This document shows, piece after piece, positions 61,268 to 64,000 of a stretch of 64,000 nucleotides of DNA. Numbering within the stretch: the first letter of the stretch is position 1; each line of letters begins with the position of its first letter. The stretch is taken from contig DASXZO010000102.1 in assembly GCA_036501845.1 (NCBI GenBank), positions 16,284 to 80,283 of the forward strand, written 5' to 3'. The notes beneath the pieces are model-generated. The model was not told the origin of the DNA, made no database searches, and worked only from the letters and a program-made list of their open reading frames with translations. Position numbers and translations under genes: made by a program. This DNA comes from Acidimicrobiia bacterium (GTDB lineage: Bacteria > Actinomycetota > Acidimicrobiia > IMCC26256 > PALSA-610).

Positions 61268-61990
61268 TCAATTCGCGATGAACCAGCCGACTGCCACCGC
61301 GGCGGGCGCAGGTTTGTTGAGATTGATCGTGAACTTGCTGTGCGCGATGTCGACCACGACCCCTTGCACCCACAGCCCGGCCACGTTGCCCTGGATCGTC
61401 GCTAACACAAGGCTGTCCTGGTTGAACACCATTGGTGTGACTGCCTTCGCGGCTTGGCCCTTCGCGAACACGAGCTTGCCGCTGCGAGTGAACTGGGCCC
61501 GCCCCTTCACCCAGAGCGCGTAGCCGCCCGGGCATTCGGCAAGCACTCCGACGCCGTTCTTGGAGATGCCGTACACACTGATGCCGTCGCCGGCGCCATG
61601 CGTCGTGTCACCCTTGACGCCGACTTGGCTGGGGTCGCCGGACGTGGTGGTCAGGACACCGATGCTGTTCGCGTTGCTCACATTCGCCTGGATGACGTTC
61701 GAACTGTTTTGGTAGTTCTGGGCGAGCACCGTGTATGTGGTGTTCCCGCCAAGGAACAGGTCGCTATATGTGCTGCCGATCCTGGTGGCAGTGGGCGCCT
61801 CGTTGCGCGCCCCCAACAACACCGGATCGCCGTCGTCGGCACCGGCCGCTGACGGCCCCGTAACGGCGGCCGCAGCTGCTACGGCGGCACCGCCCAACGC
61901 GACCTTCATCAGATGACGTCGCGACCGCTGCTCGTGATCGTCGTGCACGGCACACCTCCCTGTGGCGGCGCCGAACGACGCCGATGCCAT
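61268..61990 (-). CDS. secreted protein with twin-arginine-like signal (no family recognised)
   Basis: The segment EQRSRRHLMKVALGGAAVAAAAAVTGPSAAGA looks like a Tat signal (RR followed by a hydrophobic core). The mature part is Gly/Val/Asn-rich and beta-type. The start is uncertain. Confidence 0.7.
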   Translation of the reverse strand: MASASFGAATGRCAVHDDHEQRSRRHLMKVALGGAAVAAAAAVTGPSAAGADDGDPVLLGARNEAPTATRIGSTYSDLFLGGNTTYTVLAQNYQNSSNVIQANVSNANSIGVLTTTSGDPSQVGVKGDTTHGAGDGISVYGISKNGVGVLAECPGGYALWVKGRAQFTRSGKLVFAKGQAAKAVTPMVFNQDSLVLATIQGNVAGLWVQGVVVDIAHSKFTINLNKPAPAAVAVGWFIAN

Positions 61991-62046
61991 GATCTCCGGC
62001 GCGCGTTAGCGGAGGAATAACCGGCGCTCTCCTACGGTGGGCGGCG

Positions 62047-64000
62047 GTGCCAGGTCCGTTTCGCTACTCGCCGCCGGTGCTCAGGGATGGCGCGTTGTTG
62101 CGGCCCCGCCTGCTTGCGCGCCTGGTCGGTCGCTGGGACAAGCGACTGGTGCTGGTCACTGGCGGCGCGGGCCTTGGCAAGACCACGCTGCTGGCGCAGG
62201 CGCTCGCCGACAACGCATTGGCGCCACGCGGGTTCGATGCCTGGCTCGGCGCAGCTCCGGCCGATGTCGACGCGCGCCATCTGTGTGCCGGGCTGCTGGA
62301 GGCGCTGGGCGCGACCGTCCCGAGCGAAGCGACGCCCGCGGCGGTGGCCGACGCGGTGTGGGCGCTCGCGCCGACGCAAGTGAGCCTGGTGATTGACGAT
62401 GCGCACGTCATCACCGCCAACTCGTCCGCGGCGCTTGCCATCACCGAGCTCCTCGACACCATGCCGGCCAACGGTCACCTCGTGCTTGCGAGCAGGACGC
62501 GTCCGGCGTTCGCGGTGGCTCGGCTCGTGGCCCACGGCGACGTCATCGAGGTGAGCGAGCACGCATTGCGGTTCGACGACGACGAGCAAGCCGCGTTCGC
62601 GCGTCTGCGATCCGTCGCCCCTGATGTGGTGTCGGCCGCGGGTGGATGGCCGGCGCTCGCTGCACTACGAGTCGAATCCTCGACCTCGGTCGGCGACGAC
62701 TTCTTGTGGGAGGAGGTCCTGCGATCGCTCGACGGCGACCAGCGCGCCGCGCTCAGCGTGCTGTGCGACCTCGGTGGTGGCGACAACGACTTGGTATCAG
62801 TCACCTTGGGCCGCGATATCGACCTCGGGCTGCTGTCAGACGTACCGCTCCTCGCACGCACTCCTGACGATTGGATCGAACCTCACCCGTTGTGGAAGCC
62901 CGTCGCCGCTGGGCGTCTCGCGCTCGACGACCGTGCCGCGACGCGGGCGCGCGGCGTGGCGCGACTGATCGAGCGAGACCGGTTGAGTGAGGCATTCGAC
63001 CTCATTGCGTCGATGGATTTGTGGGACCAGGCTCCCGCGCTGCTGCGACACGCGTGCCTCATGGGCGCGCGCCCGTCCGCTGGCGAACTCCGACGATGGC
63101 TTGACCGGTGCCCACCGGAGATGTTGTCCACGCCGGGCGGCCTGCTGGCCGAAGCGGTGCATGCCTTGATGGTGACACCGGCAGCGGCGATCGACGCGCT
63201 GCGCACGGCGATCGCCGCATGTCGTGCGGTCGGCGACGATGACGGCGAGATTGCTGCGGTGGCCCACCTCGGGCGAATCGCACTCTGGCATCAGGATCTC
63301 GCGTCAATCGTCGAATTCGCGCCGCGCGTGTCGGGGCTTGCCGCTGCCGGGAACGAAGCCGCTCGCGGGCTCGAGCGTCTCGGGCTCGCGATGTATCACG
63401 ACATGAACTCGAATGATGCCGGTGTGCTCGAGGCCCTGTCGGGGATTCCGAAGGATGCTCTCGACGCTCCGTGGCAGGCGGTCGCAAGCTGGTATCGCTC
63501 GGTCGCGCTGCACACACTCGGTGACCCGACGGCTGCGCTGGCATCGATCGAAGCCGGCGTGGCGCAGGCCGATCCGGTGCTCGCGCTCACCCTGGCCTAC
63601 TCGCGGCACCTCTCGCTCTGGGCGCTCGGCCGCATCGAAGAGGTCGAGAACACCGCATCTGAGTTGCGAGCCGCCACTGTCGCCGCGGGTGTGACGCACA
63701 ACATCACCGGTGGTTTCGCAGACGGATCACGCGAAGCGTCTCACCTCGGGCACGACGATGAGGCAGCAGGGCGGTTACGACGTGCCCGTGACTCGCTGCA
63801 GCCGAACCAGGCGAACGCCGCGGTTCGTATTGCACTCGCGGATGCGTCGCTCCGAGTGCTGCGAGGCGACGAAGAAGGCGCTCGTGCCGTGCTCGTGGGC
63901 GCTCTCGCCGACTATCCGCTCGAGACCGGACCGCCGCGGCGCGCGTGGCGCGATGCCTTGGCACTCACCTACGTAATGGTTGCCGACGCGCGCGCCGAGT
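62047..64000 (+). CDS. STAND/MalT-like P-loop NTPase regulator, 5' part (continues beyond the window)
   Basis: This ORF is not in the track because it never reaches a stop. Frame 1 is open from 62020 to the window end. The sequence is VPGPFRYSPPVLRDGALLRPRLLARLVGRWDKRLVLVTGGAGLGKTTLLAQAL (Walker A) ... VSLVIDDAHV (Walker B) ... GGWPALAAL, followed by a helical repeat region. The start is GTG 62047 or 62077. Confidence 0.8.
   Translation, partial: MPGPFRYSPPVLRDGALLRPRLLARLVGRWDKRLVLVTGGAGLGKTTLLAQALADNALAPRGFDAWLGAAPADVDARHLCAGLLEALGATVPSEATPAAVADAVWALAPTQVSLVIDDAHVITANSSAALAITELLDTMPANGHLVLASRTRPAFAVARLVAHGDVIEVSEHALRFDDDEQAAFARLRSVAPDVVSAAGGWPALAALRVESSTSVGDDFLWEEVLRSLDGDQRAALSVLCDLGGGDNDLVSVTLGRDIDLGLLSDVPLLARTPDDWIEPHPLWKPVAAGRLALDDRAATRARGVARLIERDRLSEAFDLIASMDLWDQAPALLRHACLMGARPSAGELRRWLDRCPPEMLSTPGGLLAEAVHALMVTPAAAIDALRTAIAACRAVGDDDGEIAAVAHLGRIALWHQDLASIVEFAPRVSGLAAAGNEAARGLERLGLAMYHDMNSNDAGVLEALSGIPKDALDAPWQAVASWYRSVALHTLGDPTAALASIEAGVAQADPVLALTLAYSRHLSLWALGRIEEVENTASELRAATVAAGVTHNITGGFADGSREASHLGHDDEAAGRLRRARDSLQPNQANAAVRIALADASLRVLRGDEEGARAVLVGALADYPLETGPPRRAWRDALALTYVMVADARAE

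Noticed and set aside
1-64000. Mobile genetic elements, prophage genes, integrases or transposases that might explain the accessory character of the region.
   Set aside because: I found no ORF with integrase, transposase, recombinase or phage structural signatures, and no flanking tRNA or long terminal repeats. The only signs of rearrangement are two gene remnants.

Overview
The window is high-GC (roughly 68-70%), gene-dense and looks like an Actinomycetota chromosome. I found no rRNA, tRNA, CRISPR array, transposase or integrase. I support about 60 coding regions. Many sit in operons with 4-nt stop/start overlaps (ATGA, GTGA, TTGA), which helped me choose start codons. Most long ORFs in the supplied track are antisense shadow ORFs or 5' over-extensions of real genes.

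Recognisable content:
- A GT2 glycosyltransferase, methyltransferase and PhyH dioxygenase cluster.
- A patatin-like lipase, a HAD phosphatase and alpha/beta hydrolases.
- A large ATP-binding LuxR-family (LAL) regulator, and a second STAND-type regulator truncated at the right edge.
- A CYTH-CHAD protein.
- Two crcB genes behind a clear fluoride riboswitch.
- A TetR regulator and amidohydrolase pair with a palindromic operator.
- A radical SAM/SPASM-like enzyme.
- A hybrid histidine kinase, two GGDEF cyclases and a class III nucleotide cyclase.
- A large-subunit catalase, a double acyl-CoA dehydrogenase, an ABC-F ATPase and an acyl-CoA synthetase.
- An S53 (sedolisin-like) peptidase.
- A seven-gene Asp23/AmaP envelope-stress operon.

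The unusual part is the accessory content. At least a dozen signal-peptide proteins match no family I recognise, and they fall into at least three paralogous families. They are preceded by two different, highly conserved DNA elements.
- Element 1 is a ~47-bp composite element, CTCAGTA-N13/14-[CAGTAG-N3-CYACTG]. It occurs five times, always pointing at the downstream gene. Four copies are wrapped around the LAL regulator and a 73-aa sigma-region-4-like mini-protein.
- Element 2 is a 17-bp near-palindrome, TCCGTCAGGTGCCGGAT, that is identical at four loci.

I read these as two previously undescribed local regulons for secreted or envelope proteins. That reading is inference from sequence pattern only.

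I also see two gene remnants, a PhyH N-terminal stub and a nitroreductase with an internal deletion, and several strong palindromes and hairpins.
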